Source: Amoeboaphelidium protococcarum X5 (taxonomy: Eukaryota > Fungi > Aphelidiomycota). Taken from it: a DNA stretch of 64,000 nucleotides. The stretch is taken from positions 186,001-250,000 of the forward strand of contig JALDTO010000213.1 in the NCBI GenBank assembly GCA_023515725.1. Reading direction: 5' to 3'. The notes under the pieces are model-generated. The model was given only the letters and a program-made list of their open reading frames with translations, made no database searches and was not told where the DNA came from. Shown here in pieces: positions 44,396 to 59,000 of this stretch (its first letter is position 1; the number at the start of each line of letters is the position of its first letter). The translations under genes and the position numbers were made by a program.

Positions 44396-46159
44396 ATGGT
44401 CAGTAGTAAATAAGTTGGCGACAAGTAATCTCCTAGTAGACAAGCTCGGTAGCTATCTACATCCGAAGTTAACAGATAAAGTTCATCATCACCTTCGCCG
44501 CCTCATACACCACCGTCCTCACCAGGAGCTTCCGGTAGAAGGCGCCGTTTGCTGTTTGGAAGTCTCTTAGTTGGTGGCGCTGCTGTTCTCCTAGCTGGAT
44601 TCTATTCATCTACATCATCATCATCGTATAATCTATCGCTATTTAAAATGAATCAATCCGCTGGTTTACATGCAGTATCTAAAGGCACTTTGTAACAAAT
44701 GTACGATAGAGTCCCTCAACATCCGGCGAGACACTTCAAAGGCCTGATCAAGTCCGATGGCTCATCCACGGTGCCTCTCACTGAACTGAAAACTATTGTG
44801 GACAAGGTTCTCAGAGAGAATAGTTATAGATTTATCGCTCCTCAATGGGATATCCATGTTAATTAGGTGGCCTCTAATCCTCAGATGGAAGATCGTCACT
44901 CGATTGATTTGATCCAAGGTACCCTGTATATGTCAGTTCATGATGGTCATTCTGGAAGTGCTTGTGCAGAGAGCCTTCGCCATAACTATCACAAGTATCT
45001 GCATCATTATGCTATGCAGAAGGTAAACAAAGCCACCGCTGATGCCCATATTTAAGACGTATCCACTGTGTCTGCGCTGTTGAAGAATGCATCTAATACA
45101 CTTGATAAGGAACTTTGTAAAAGTGCTCTGGATACCAAATATCCACTCTATGAAGATCTACTTGCAAGTTCTCTGAGCGGCGCTGTTAGTGCCACAGCGA
45201 TTGTAAACGGCCAATCTCTATTGACTGCCCACACTGGAGATGTGCGTGTTGTGATGAATAAATAGTCACCTGACGGCAAGTATCAGTAGCTGACTGAGGA
45301 TCATAATCCAGAGGGGAATCTGAATGAGAAGAAGCGTCTACTTAAAGAACATCCTAATGAGCCATACGTAATCTATCATGGTCGCATACTGGGTGGCCTA
45401 ATGCCGAGTAGAGCTTTTGGTGATGGGAGATACAAGTGGACCCTGCAGGAGATGGAGCGACTTAATTAGAGGATTCAAGATGATTTGATCCCCAGCGATG
45501 GTTCTTCTTCATCTGGCAGTAGCATTGTCAAGAAGAAGTAGTATCTCAAGAATGGAATTTCAGCTCCACCACAGTATCATAGTCCTCCGTATGTAACGGC
45601 TGAGCCTGAAGTGTCTTTGCATAAGATATAAGCTGTATCCGGTAAGGAATCGACTCGCAACTTTGTTATTATAGCATCTGATGGCCTATGGGACACAATG
45701 TCTAGTGAAGAAGCTGCCGGGTACGTTGAAGAGTATCTCTAGTTGCAAAAGCAATAGCATTAATAATCCACCGATAAGTAATAGAACAATAATAATCTGG
45801 ATACGAATGCTGCCGTGTATTTGACCAGAAAGGCTGTAGAGTTCCTGCCCAACTAGACTGAACCTATGCGAGATGATAATGGAAAGATTATGACCATGGA
45901 AGAGCTGAAATCTCGAGTCGCCATTCAGATTTTGAGTTTAGATCAGAAGGTGAGCAGAAGGTATAGAGATGATATCACGGTTATTGTGGCATTCCAAAAG
46001 GATAAGATCGAAGACGCTGAAGATGGCCATAAATCTAGTGATGACCGAGATGACACGGTCTATCAGCTTAAGTCTATTGATGGTGATATTTAATTCAAAT
46101 CTTGGACTGAGCAGATCATAGAAAAGTATGATAATTTAAAGGCGAAAGCCAAGTTATGA
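44396..46159 (+). CDS. PP2C phosphatase, PDP/Ptc5-like, 587 aa, C-terminal -AKL
   Basis: ASNPQMEDR, VHDGHSG, AHTGDVR, EHPNE, GRILGGLMPSRAFGDGRYKW, SPPYVTAEPEV, ASDGLWD, RRYRDDITV; hydrophobic LLFGSLLVGGAAVLLAGFY near the N-terminus. Confidence 0.9.
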
Positions 46160-46194
46160 ATACACTAGTGATCGATCGATAATACAACTTTTGT

Positions 46195-47759
46195 TCACTC
46201 CTCATTTAACATTCTACGTTCACCACCACCACCACTCATGCCTTCATTGCGAGAACACTAACCATCTACATCAGCGTTATCAGTGGTATAAATCACAGCA
46301 CAGAAAGCCTTCATGTCATTACAATTCTTATCCAGAACTTTGGCCAGAGTATTAGGGAACGGAGTCAGAATGTTATGAGTAAGGCGCGCAAATTTAGGCA
46401 AATGCAGAGCCAGAGGACTATACTACAACTCCACAATTGATGGCCCATGATCATTATCATCATCAACATTGGTGATGTGTTCTTTAGATGAAGACTTTAT
46501 AGCAGTCACTTAATCTTCAGGCAGATAGAGTTACTTTAGATGGTCTTAAGACGCCTTCAAAGTGTCTTATAGGGCAATTGAAGCATCTCTGGATTACAGC
46601 AAGTCCACCGTCTCCTTACACAAATTAATCAACTACTGCGAGACTTCAACATTAACCGCAGATAGCTCAATCTACTCGCCATATAAGCTCTTCTTTATCC
46701 ATCGCTCTATGCCAACTCTATTATCGCTATTCAAAGGATCCAGTGATGGAAATAATAAACTTTATATCTGTGGAGAATTGTTATTCAACAATTGCGAGTC
46801 CACCTGCTCACATATCAACGATACTTTCTATATCAAGTCATCATGAGATAACTTTTACGAAAGCGCGACTTCTGAAAAGACGTCCTTGGTACACTGCAAA
46901 ACCATATCCACAATCTGCATCATTCCGACATTCATAAAATAATAGGACAGCGACAGATACTGCTTCTCAACTTCAGCTGAAAGTAATTTCGTTCTATGAT
47001 GATGATTAGGATCACCAGCTTATACATTCCCGTCAGTGTCACCACTACGGACAGGATATACAACTTTATCCGCATCAATAGCTTCCAGGCTCTCTAAATA
47101 AGTATAACGACCAACCATGTTCAATTACACTTAAAGTAGTAGATGAAATAGATTGTAAATGTAGAGTGCAGCGACGGTTCTTGCAATACTAAACTGCTTC
47201 AATCGGTCCCAATAAGCTGCCTTCACTCGCTTCAACCACTCTTCATCGCTCTCTTCTGGTTGACGTGATTATATCCCCAAATGGTCAAAGTTGTCTTACT
47301 GGACACTCTAAGCGGACAGATTTCTCAATTTCAAAGTAAGCGATTCAACATCCATCTCGGCCATGAGCTGCTCAGTGATTGACGGCAGATACGAGAGTAG
47401 AGTTAGGATGACATCTTGCTAATTCTGAGTGAATCGCTTCTTTATACTACACCATAATCGAACAAATTAACTCGTTTAGATAGCGATATTTAGTAGATGA
47501 ACATTTAAACAATGGTAATCTTACTTGTCTTTAAGGTACCTATCTAGTTCCGACTTGAGCATCATTTCATCAATCTTACTCTTTGCATACTGACCTACAC
47601 ACACACTTGAATAGAAGGAGTCCGCACGCGCGTTCATTATTTAGGCAATTAATATACGACAGTAAACATACCTGCGAAATATACACCAGCAGACACGGCA
47701 GCAGTCCAGAAGAGAGTTCCTCGCCGCTTTCTTATAAAGCCAGATAATGCAGTAATCAT
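46195..47759 (-). CDS. PEX3: Peroxin Pex3, 469 aa; introns 47595-47671 and 47447-47524
   Basis: FIRKRRGTLFWTAAVSAGVYFAGQYAKSK, KKRFTQNQQD, LPSITEQL...MDVESLT, WDRLK, VQLNMVGR, LPKFA, AFCAVIYT; absent from the ORF track. Confidence 0.9.
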
Positions 47760-48070
47760 CCTTATTATTATTAACGTTATTGATCAGGACTGTAACGGAG
47801 ATTATCACGACACAAAAAAGGGGAACGCGAGAGCGTGCGAACAACAAGCGAGAACGAGTGTTAAGAGATGACTAAATGAAAAGGCTTCTTCTCCTGCGCC
47901 ACAATGATCGTTTCAACTCTAGCAAGAGCGATGCTGATGGTGAATACTATTGTTGCGTGCATTTATCATCATCATCACCATATAATAGTTCTATAGCGGT
48001 AGTCAATAGTTCCTATTCAATTAAAATCTCTATTCTATATAAACTAGTACAAATGCAATAATAATTCTAA

Positions 48071-48617
48071 TCAAAAACTTGTATTTTTGCGAGCAAATCT
48101 CATCATGACTAAACTTACGAATATGAATACGTTCTGCAAAAAGACTGCAACTCCAGGCCATACCATTGTCCTTTAATCAACTTCTGGTGGAGCAGAGGAT
48201 GGAGGCTGCGGTGAATTTATGATATACTGCACAATCATTATGTATGTTGCAGCAAATATGGCACAGAAACTCATGAGGAATCCTAAAAAGAGCCAAAATG
48301 AAGGCACTTTGGTATCCTCAGAGAATACATTTCCCGCCTGCATTTCTTCTATAGCATCAGCTGGCACAGCATTGACTCTACACAATAAACAAATCAAATT
48401 TGCATCCATGATTTATTTCAAATAAAGTCAAATGTTACATTATAAATGCAATCAAATGGATTATAAATGGCACCCATATGACTCCGGTTACTTTTCCCTA
48501 ATCAAACTGATAGTATTGACTTAGAACTGAGGCATCGATAAGGAGAAACAGTGCAGTGGCCATTAAAGCACCTGAAGTATATGATACAATTTTATTTCTC
48601 GTTTGCTATGAAACCAT
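48071..48617 (-). CDS. VPS68: Vps68/TMEM50 (UPF0220) membrane protein, 161 aa, one intron 48378-48438
   Basis: YTSGALMATALFLLIDA, WVP...I^VNAV, WLFLGFLMSF, WPGVAVFLQNVFIF. Confidence 0.88.
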
Positions 48618-48730
48618 TTATACTGTAGTATTGTATTTTTTATGATTAATGCCTCAATTATAATATCACAATCGCTCAAGATTACCCGTATTGTGTGGTG
48701 TCAAGGATTTAGTTAAGAACTGTGCATTGC

Positions 48731-48744
48731 GTTGTCATGGTAAC
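48731..48744. promoter_or_regulatory. Candidate RFX X-box
   Basis: GTTGTCATGGTAAC fits the palindromic X-box pattern GTHNYY-AT-RRNAAC; 114 bp upstream of the Vps68 ATG. Confidence 0.4.
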
Positions 48745-48898
48745 ACTTAGTCGCACCCGATAGGCAATGAAGCTCATCATACACTATAGAGTCGATTATA
48801 GTTGGATTATAAGAATCTTGGAGTGTGAAGATGTTATTTGACGAGACTAAAATAAAATTTCCATAACTCAACAAATCAATCACTCCTAATTATCTCAA

Positions 48899-51800
48899 TC
48901 AAAAGGTGGATTCATAGTGAGGATACTTCCCCGCTGTCCACTGTGTTTCATACTGCGCCCAGGTAGGCCAATCCAATTTTTCCATCAAGTTGACTTTGAC
49001 CAATTACAATTTCTTGTTCTCTGAATACTTAACATAAACATCTCCGTCAACACCCAGAGCATTCAAACACAAGTCCACATTGGAATCCTTCAACTTGGAC
49101 GACGCGTAGTCACCAATCAACTTATTCACTAATTTCAATGCAGAGCCGTATTAGTGAGTGACGATATTGAACACGACTTACGCAATGACATGCTGAGAAT
49201 TAGAATCATCCAAATATGAATAGAACGATTCCCAATCAGATTTCAATGCTCCGCCCGCAATAAAAGGTCCATTAGACTCAATGCTCTGAGATAACGCCAC
49301 CATCAACATCCAGTATCTAGCTATGGTGATGTTCTTCTTTCTTGAATCCATTTCCTTCTTCACTTTTTTTGACTCTTTACTATCAACATTGCTCTTCTTT
49401 GTACCGAAATACTCAGTCACTTCCTTCTCCTTACCCAAAGCGATAATGACTTTGCCAAGAGATTGAATCTAAACAGCTTAACTGGCCAGATTGGAAGATA
49501 ATTTACTCTTCTTGCATTCGTCCACAATCAGAGACAATTGTCCTAATTTCAGATCAACATTGTCAGGGTAATCCTTCTCCAGTTGAGCAATTAGTTACTT
49601 TTGCTGATCTACACTTTTAATCTGCGGTAGATACTTGAGTTGCGCCTTCAAAAGATCATCCTTTAACTTATTCATCACATCAGCAGAATCCTTATCTTCA
49701 TTTCCATCCTCCGAACCTTTGCTCTTATCACCACTGCCACTAGTCTACGGAAGTCCGACAAACACAGTTGCGCTAAACTTCTCACCATCAATAACGATAT
49801 CGTTAACTTTAAACTAACCCGCCAAACAATCTCCAACCTGGGCGCCCTTCACATTCTAGATAGGAGCTGTGACGAACAGAGCTCTTTAAGAACCAGCCTT
49901 AACAACAATGTTGTTAAACTTCATTGGCTCCACTCTGCCATTGACAATATCCGGTCTAGTGGAATAAAACTTCAAAGCCTCCGATTTACTCAAACTAATC
50001 TAAGCAATGAGACTGAAATCTTTCAACTGATCCAAAACAGCAGTGTCTGCATGTCTCAACTACAACTTGATCACATAATCTCCCTTTTGCAACTTTACAC
50101 TTTTAGGATAAACATCATCAAAGTGCACCATTTAATTGTTCGAGTCCAACACCATGAGAAGCACAGAGTCAAATTCAGATTCATACAGCAGATTATCAGC
50201 CAGTGGCTTCAGGAACGACACAGATGTGGCCTCTGCAAGATTTAAACTGTAATGTAACATCAACTCATTCACACGGAATCCATTTGGCAAGACGTCTCTG
50301 CTCTTTAAAGGCTTTATAATTGCCTTATTCGGTCTCAGTGGTCTCTAGATAGCGGACAGGTCAGCTTGCAGCTTCAATTTCTCATTCTACGCAGATATGA
50401 CATTTACATTGAGCTTTTAAACAACATCAGCGCTGGAGAAGACCAGATTCTAAGGTTCAATTTAAAGACTGTGCACTTTAACAGTCACTTTAAACTCATT
50501 GGCAGATGCAACGGACCAGAACTGAGCGGTACAAAGTTCCATCGTCAGACCACCATAAACTCTAAACGATTTAACTTTCTTAGAGGTTTGCTGATCGAAA
50601 GAAAAATACCAATGCTGTTCAGTATTAGAATGTCTACTCTGAGGCACTAATTGAACCAGATGAACAACAAAACGACATGATTCTGACACTTTCACAGCGC
50701 TAATTTCAATGTCAGCAAACGTGGCTCCATTTGGTATTTAAATAAACTTTCTATCGACGGAGCCTGGATCATACAACTGCTAGTAGCTATAGGATGCATC
50801 AGTAATTGGTAGCAGTGTAGGTTTACACACAGAGACTGGAACTCTGAAAATGGGGCCCTTTTCAATATTTCCACTCTCATAAGCACAAATCTCTCCATAA
50901 TAAAACTGACCATCTTTCAAATTTGTGGGATCAATAACGACTTGAAAATCCCTTCCTCCTGAATTCAACAGCAAATGATCAGGTACTTTGATCCAAGAGT
51001 ATGGAGATGCGAGCGTCAACTTTTGTTCAAGCTACAGACGGTTGCTATTCAAATCGACATCACTATCGCGAAATCTTGGCTGAACATTAACACTCAAACT
51101 TTAAGGCGAATAAGTATCACTCTCCTCTCTCAAATAGATGCCTCTCTTCTAGCTTCCGTTAACTCTTACTTGGTATAAAACATCTTGATCGACGTCCTTC
51201 TAATACTTGACAAGGTAGCTATATGCATCCTCCACCTAAATGAGACCAGCCTACATTTGATCGCCGATAGATTTACTAGTATTCTCTAAAGTCTATTTAA
51301 TTCTATACGGAGAATACTTGTAGCTGTTTTACTTAAGAGCGGAGATAAGGAGAGATACGGCACCACAGCAATTAGGTGAACTCATTGAAGTTCCATTCAT
51401 CAGCTGTGAGTTCTTTAGCAAATACTGAGGGACACTCGTAATAGCACCACCCATAGAGTAGACAGAAACACCACGATCACCATCCATAGCAGGACCACGG
51501 GATGACCAAGTATACGGAACTTCAGATGAATTAGCAGAGAGACCATACTCTGCAGACATCATGTCATCACTAACGTACGCACCAACTCCAATGACTCCCT
51601 CAACAGTTCCACCAGGACATCCAACGGTACTCAATGCAGGCCCAGCATTACCAGCACTACTAATAAACGTAATCTAGGCCTTGTTAATCAATTCATCCTG
51701 CAGCAATCTAGACCAGAAACCGGAATTAGCCAACGTGGCATCTTCACCATACGACATATTGGCCACATCACATTTGTGCTCCAACATACATTGAACAGCC

Positions 51801-52802
51801 CTAAACAATCCTGTGCCAGTCTCCATAGTCTTCAGTCTTGTATCTCCAATCTTGAGACTTATAAACTAACAACCAGGAGCGACACCATTCAATTCTGGCG
51901 TATCTGGAAAATTGGCTCCGCAGATAGCAGCAACGTGAGTTCCATGAGAGCCACCACAGCAGACTATGCTCAACATTTCGCCATCATCATAAAACTTGAC
52001 ATTGAAGGTGAGAGCAGATTCAGCACTGAAATAGTCAAACTCCCGACCAACGGCATAATCGGCAAGTCCTGAAGCAATACCCGTTAAATCTCCATCTTCC
52101 TTGAGATCGAGCACTGCACGCCAATTGGTGCCATCATGGTATGTGACAATATCATAGAGCGGTCCAAAGTCTTCATAGTTCTTCATCTGCTCTTTCAAGA
52201 CGTCCAACTTGGCCTCCAAGTCAGCCTTGTGCTCGATCTCTTCCTCCGTCAATACTCCATTCAATTACTGCTCAAGAGTGTTCAACTCACTCAGAACATG
52301 ACTGATTAATTCTTGGTGCTTCAATTCAAATTTGCGCTAATTCTCCTTGCTCAATCTGGCCACCAGCTCCTTTGGAAATATATCATAACCTCTCTTGGTG
52401 CCAACTCTAAACTTGCCAGACGGATTCTACCATTTAGGATTCAATTTGAGCACCTTTTCGCCATTTCTGCACTTGAGCACTTACAATCCACTTTTCAAAT
52501 CCACTTCAGCTGATAATGGCTCACTAAGAACAACATCTCCGCTGCCTGTGCAATCTACAATATCAATAATCTTTGGTTTACCTTCAGTAGTCAGTTACAG
52601 ACCACTAGCTGCAGGATCAACTCCAGTATCCAAAATGGCAACTACAACTCCTCTGCCATCGTAGGACGGATACTTTTTAAGAAAATTTACAGCTTGAATT
52701 TCAGTCTACAAATTTGAACAGTAAAATAGATATGCAACAATAGCAGATGATCAAGATTACCTTTGGCAACAACCCACTAGTTGGAAAATCTTTCAACTTC
52801 AT
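48899..52802 (-). CDS. TPP2: Tripeptidyl-peptidase II (S8), 1282 aa, one intron 52706-52760
   Basis: FPTSGLLPK^[50 protein letters not shown]. Confidence 0.96.
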
Positions 52803-53277
52803 ATTATCGCTAGCTTACGTCTAAAACTATTCAAATCAATTTATTTGATTAAAAGTATACTTTACACTCAACAATAGGGGATATAATAGGTAAAGAATTC
52901 CAAGTATTTAATTGAACGTGATGGAATGACGTGACTAAAATAGAAGAAAGACGTTGCGCATTAAGAGCGACGAGGTGAAACGGAAAAAAGTGCTAAGCAG
53001 AAGGTGTCGCTGCCTGAACACTTAAAACCAAAAGCTGTGACTGTGAAACAATCTGCTTGGGTCAAATAAGAATGCCGTTTCTGGCAAGGTACGCCTACAG
53101 AACAACTGAACGATCGCGTAGAAGAGAGACAGGCATTGGAGGATCACTGCTTGGAATCTTGACGTTCTCAGCTTTGAAACAAAATCGAAATCTTTTCATC
53201 ATAACTTACTTGACAAGAAGAAGAGGCGATATATTGATCACTAAAAGAGTATAATCATCATATAAGCACCTAATATC

Positions 53278-55728
53278 ATGCAGAGTCTGCGGCGAAGGAT
53301 ACGAAATATTGGCATAATGGCGCATATAGATGCGGGAAAGACCACGCTGACTGAGCGGATGTTATATCTCGCCGGGGTGACGCGTAAAATTGGCGATGTT
53401 GATGATGGCAACACTTAGATGGACTATCTTGAGTAGGAGCAGGAACGCGGTATTACTATTCAGAGTGCTGCGACCACCTTTGAATGGAATTTATCGAAAT
53501 CATAGTAGGAAATGGGTCATGGTGAGAATGACGCGTCTCGGTGTTAGATTAATCTTATAGACTCGCCTGGACATCATGATTTCACGTTTGAAGTTTAGCG
53601 GGCTGTTAGTGTCCTCGATGGTGCGGTGTGTCTATTAGATGCTGTAAGTGGAGTGTAGGCATAGACAAAGACTGTTTGGAAGCAGGCGAATAATTATAAT
53701 CTATCGCGATTGATCTATGTTAACAAGATGGATAAGGCTGGATCCAATTATGCTAAATGCATATCGGAAGCTTAGTAGCTGTTGCCCATGACTAGTGATG
53801 ATGATGATGATGATAGAACGTAGTGTCAAGTTTTATCATTGTGTCTCCCGCTCTACAAGAACTAGCATTCAGAATTCGCTGGAGTTTGTAATTTGGTAGA
53901 AGGTGTTGTTTACTTGCCTAATAATACCGATTCCGATGTTGAGTACAATGTCTCTGTAGATAAGGCTTATTCAGATCATATTATTGATGAATAAGATCTA
54001 TCGCGGATTCAGAAGGCCAAGTCAATTCTTATAGATCAACTGATTGAACTGGATGATTAATTTTTAGAAGTGGCACTTGAACATGACACGCAATAGATTC
54101 CCAAAAAGTACGTCAACGATGCTATAAGGAGATTATGTATTGGGAAGAAGGCTATACCAATGCTATGCGGCACTGCACACAAGGGTATAGGCGTGTCATA
54201 GTTGCTCAATGCTATCAATCTGTATCTTCCCAATCCCCAAGATATGCCTGCTATTTCTGTATAGACTACTTCTACAACTGGTAATTCTCAAAAGGGATAC
54301 ATTTTCAAAGTTGATCCTTAGTGTGACCAGAAGGACTTATGTTCTCAAGTGTTCAAAGTTATACACGATAAAAATAAAGGAGCACTTATATACACAAAGG
54401 TTCTATAAGGTAGTCTGAGACCGAACATGCAGCTGTTTAACTCTAGCAAGAATCTGATTGAAAGATGTGACAAGATTTATCAAGTGCATGCTAATAAGTA
54501 CCAGCACGTGGATCAGTTAGTGGCTGGATAGATTGGAGTTTTATCTGGTCTCAAGTCGGCACAGACCGGAGATACTTTGCTCATTTAGAACGCCAAGTCA
54601 AAGTTTTAATTGCCTTCGATTCCTGTACCTCAACCTCTATTCAGCGCGTCTATAGAGCCTGAAAATTCAATAGCGGAAAAGTAATTGACATCAGCACTCG
54701 CCATCCTGACTAGAGAGGATCCATCGCTCCAAGTGGTAGTTGATGCAGACTCTAACTAGACAATACTCCGAGGCATGGGCGAATTACACCTGGAAATCAT
54801 CGCTGAAAGATTGAGATCCGAGTTTGGGGTGAACTTCTCTTTGGGTAAAGTCTGGATCAATTATCAGGAATCTATCAAAGATGGTAGAAGAGTTGAGTTG
54901 GAGGATTTCTAGTATCAGTAGTCATTTGCGGGTAGATTTAATAGCGCATTGGTTAGTATTGCCATGACACGTTAATCTGTCGACCAATCTGGACCGAATA
55001 CTCTATCAATCGCAAAGAATGCGATTTAGAACTAGGATGGGCCTCTGAGCTATCAAAAGTAAAGACATGATTAGTTATTGGCTCATTTGAGGAGAGGTAT
55101 TGATACGGCTCTATCTGCGGGACCGCTGATGAGTTATCCTGTGACTTCAGTCCAGGTGGATATTTAAAAGTTTGTATTTGAATCATATTCATCATCGGAA
55201 TAAGATGATAAGGTTGCTGGGATGGCGGTAAGTCAAGCTGGACGTCATGCTCTGTAATAATACGCACTACTCTCTGATACCACTTGTGAAAGTATTAAAA
55301 AATGCCCGTTCACTCTTCTTGAGCCGGTCATGTCAGTTGCGATTAACGTTCCGTCTGTCTACATGGGCATGGTATTATAAGATCTTAGTGGGAATCGGCG
55401 CGCTCAGATTCTGACCACCATGTAATAATCAAATAATGGCCAGCAAATGATGGATGATGATGCTGATAAGAACACGTTGTCTCCTCTGCAGCAGAAGTTA
55501 CTTGGTATCCTTGAATAAGATTATACAGGCACCAGTCAACAAACTAAGGCATCAAACGCTGAAAGTAATATCACTGCACTGGTGCCTCTGTAAGAGATGC
55601 TTGGCTATTCAAATACGTTAAAATCTCTTACTAAAGGATACGGCTCTTTTTAGATGGATCTGGATCGTTATCAACCTGTCGAGGATGCTCACCTTCTGAC
55701 GATAATAAAAGGATACCGCGGATATTGA
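53278..55728 (+). CDS. GFM2: Mitochondrial EF-G2 / ribosome recycling factor 2, 816 aa
   Basis: [75 protein letters not shown]. Confidence 0.9.
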
Positions 55729-55866
55729 TGTGCTTTACTGTTAAAAGTATTTGACTCTTCTTGGAAAGATAATACATTAAAAAGTCTTAAATTCTTGATT
55801 AATTCTTGAATAAAAATTCGAAATCTATTTTGTAAACTAACAATATTAATCTCATCAGAGCATTTT

Positions 55867-55996
55867 TGTTAAGAATAGTATAAGAGAGTGAAGTGAATAT
55901 GAGATATAACAAGTATATTAACAGTTGTTTCAACTCTTATATGATAAAGAGAGAGAGTGAGTGACTGAAACGCGTCAACACGGTTTCAGCTCAACA
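55867..55996 (-). repeat. 3' LTR (130 bp)
   Basis: Identical by eye to 60714-60843. Confidence 0.96.
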
Positions 55997-56008
55997 GCCG
56001 ACCGCAAA

Positions 56009-59000
56009 TCATACCACCTTTTTGGTCACCTCAACTTCTAGAGGCTTATATGACTCTCGTACTTTCATTCCCATCTTGCTTACAAACAGCCAATGCAGAT
56101 TCTTTCCAAGACCTTTTGTAAACACATCAGCCACATTTGCATTACTCCGGACAAATTCTATGTCCAACGTACGGTCTTGGATTTCTTGTCGCAGAAAGTG
56201 ATAGCGCAAACGAATGTGTCGAGTTCTATGATGTTGTTGAGATGCTTTAGTCAAGTAAATAGATCCTTGATTGTCTGCAAAGAGTCTAGGGACAGAGTAA
56301 AGTTGAGGCGCAACATCTTGCAGTTGCAGCTCATATAACAACTACTTGATCCAGATACCTTCTTTGACAGCTGCTGCCAGTGCGATGTACTCTGCCTCGA
56401 CTGAGCTCAGAGCTACAATAGGTTGCAGACTTGACTTCCAAGATACTGGGACACCACACAAGTAAAATACATATCCAGACGTTGATTTTGAGTGGTCTAA
56501 GTTACCACAGTGATCAGAATCGGAGAAGCCAGTCAAGCCAGCCTTAGTACAATCGATTTCAATTCCCATATGCGCAGTGCTTTAGAGATACCCATAAATT
56601 CTTTTTACAGCTAACCAGTGTTTCATGCCTGGGTTCTTCATAAATCGCGCAACTTGAGACACCGCATAAGCAATGTCAGGGCGGCAACACTGAACAAGAT
56701 GCATTAGACAGCCAACAGCTTGCTGATAAGGGATCTATTCCATTTCTTGGCGCTGATTCTCATCTTAAGGACACATGGAAAGATCCAATTTGTAAGTTGC
56801 ACACGGTGTCTTAACATGATGCTCATTCCGCATATCAAATCTCTCTACAATGGACCTGATGTACTTTTCTTGATTCAGAGTGAATGAAGAATCAGAGTTA
56901 GTCTTGATCTATGCTCCAAGAAAATAAGCAGGCCACCCAAGATTTCTAACCTTGAACAGTTTCATTATGTCATCGCAAATCTTATTATATAAATCACCGG
57001 ACGGACCAGCCAATACCATGTCATCAACGTAGACAGCGAGAAGAAACGTCTGACCATTAAGCTTAAACATATAAAGACTGATGTCAGAATTAATACAATT
57101 GAAACCTATCGACTTCAATGACTTGGTCAATAAATCATTCCACAGTTTGGGCGCTTCTTTTAGACCGTAAACGGATTTGAGGAGTTTCATAATCTTGCCT
57201 TTTGGAATCTTGAACCCCTTTGGAGGCCTAGTGTAAACCGGTCTCTTTAGGAACGCATTTAAGAAGGCAGTTTTGACATCGAACTACGTAAGTTACCATT
57301 TGAACAGTGACGCCAATACTAGAAGAATCCTTATAGTTGCATACTTTATCACTGGAGCAAAAATCTCAGCCCAATCCATCTCTTACAAGAATCCTCTAAT
57401 GCACCAGCGCACTTTCCTTCTGTCCAGATGACCTGTTGCATCAGTCTTATATTTGAAGACTAGCTTGGATGTGAGTATTTATTCACCCTTTGGAACTTAA
57501 TCTTCGTCAATCAAGATGAATGTGCCATTCTCTACATGAGCAGAGAATTCTTCTTGAGTACCTTCATCCCACTATGGACCATCTGGCAATTTCAATGCAG
57601 CATCGTAAGACTGCGGATCTTCAAACACTCGATTCAATTCTTGATAAGCGAATGCACACGTTTGATACACTTTATTGGTGTAGGGATCCACAATATGATA
57701 CCAATACTCTTACTCCAAGTTCTCCACAGCATCATGGAACTGCTCGCTATCATCCATATCAGTGGATAGCTAATCTTATTCATAACAATCATCCAGTGCT
57801 TAAAACGGGTTGGCAGATACAAAATTAATTGTGGGAGTAGACAACTGGTGTCTCCTTGATTGGGTAATGCTACGAGCAATCCCTACAATGTCATCCACCT
57901 CTATTTTCGGATCATTCACCCTCAGATGCATGTTACCTACCTCAATTTTGGAGTCTTGCACATCAACTTTCATTACTTTAGTATCATTCATGTCAATTTA
58001 CAACTGTTTTTATAGCTTCAGGAGAGCTTTGGCAGTCTTGTCAGAAATATCTTCATCTTGATGAGTAATGGCATTATCCATTGGCTAGGTATCCTCCGCA
58101 GCGTCAACAAATTCATCGTCTACAGTCTCTTTGGGGACTTCAGTGACTTCAGCCGGTTCAGCATTTGGTTCGACGTTTATGGATGCTGTAGTTGGACGGG
58201 TAGCAGCTGCGGCATCAAATGAAATCTGCGGTTACTCGACTAACTCCTCAATGGTTGGATCTACAGCTGCACCAAGTCCTGCAGAGTTGTAAATGTCCTA
58301 TGCAGATACTCTCACAGCGGACTAATCAGATTCATCCATCAATTCAAACTACTCCCTTTTGTAGACAAAACTTGGCTAAATCATTGGCGCCTTGTTCTCT
58401 AAGAATACTACGTCACGGCTGAAGATAATTTTATTTAGATCTAAACTATAGAATCTCCAAGCTTTCTTTTCTAACGAGTAACCAGCAAAGACAGCGGGAA
58501 AACTTCTATCGTCCAATTTCTTAAAAGTTGACTTGGAGTGTCTGACATACGCAAGACAGAACATCGTCCGCAAGTGAAACAGGCTTGCCCTTTTTCCAGT
58601 CCACAACTCTTCTGGAAGCTTAAAATTCACAGCTGAATGAGGCAAACGGTTCTTAACGTAGCATGCTGCCATGATGGCATCTGGCCAAAGAGTGTGAGGA
58701 GTGTCAAACACTTTCAAGAACGTACGGGCCATGGACCACAGCGTCTAGTTGACTCTTTCACTGTTGCCATTTTGCTGAGGAGTATGTGCAGTTGTGCTTT
58801 GAATGGCCACACCTCTGTCAGCCAGAAAAGTACGGAATTCACCATTGATGTATTCTCCACCCCCATCAGATCGAAACTTCTTCAATTTGAAACTAGATTC
58901 ATTCTCTACCAACGTCAACCACCGCTTGAAGTGCCCAAATGCTTCAGACTTATTCTTAAGCATGTACGACCATAATTTCCTTGTGGCCATGTCCATCAGT

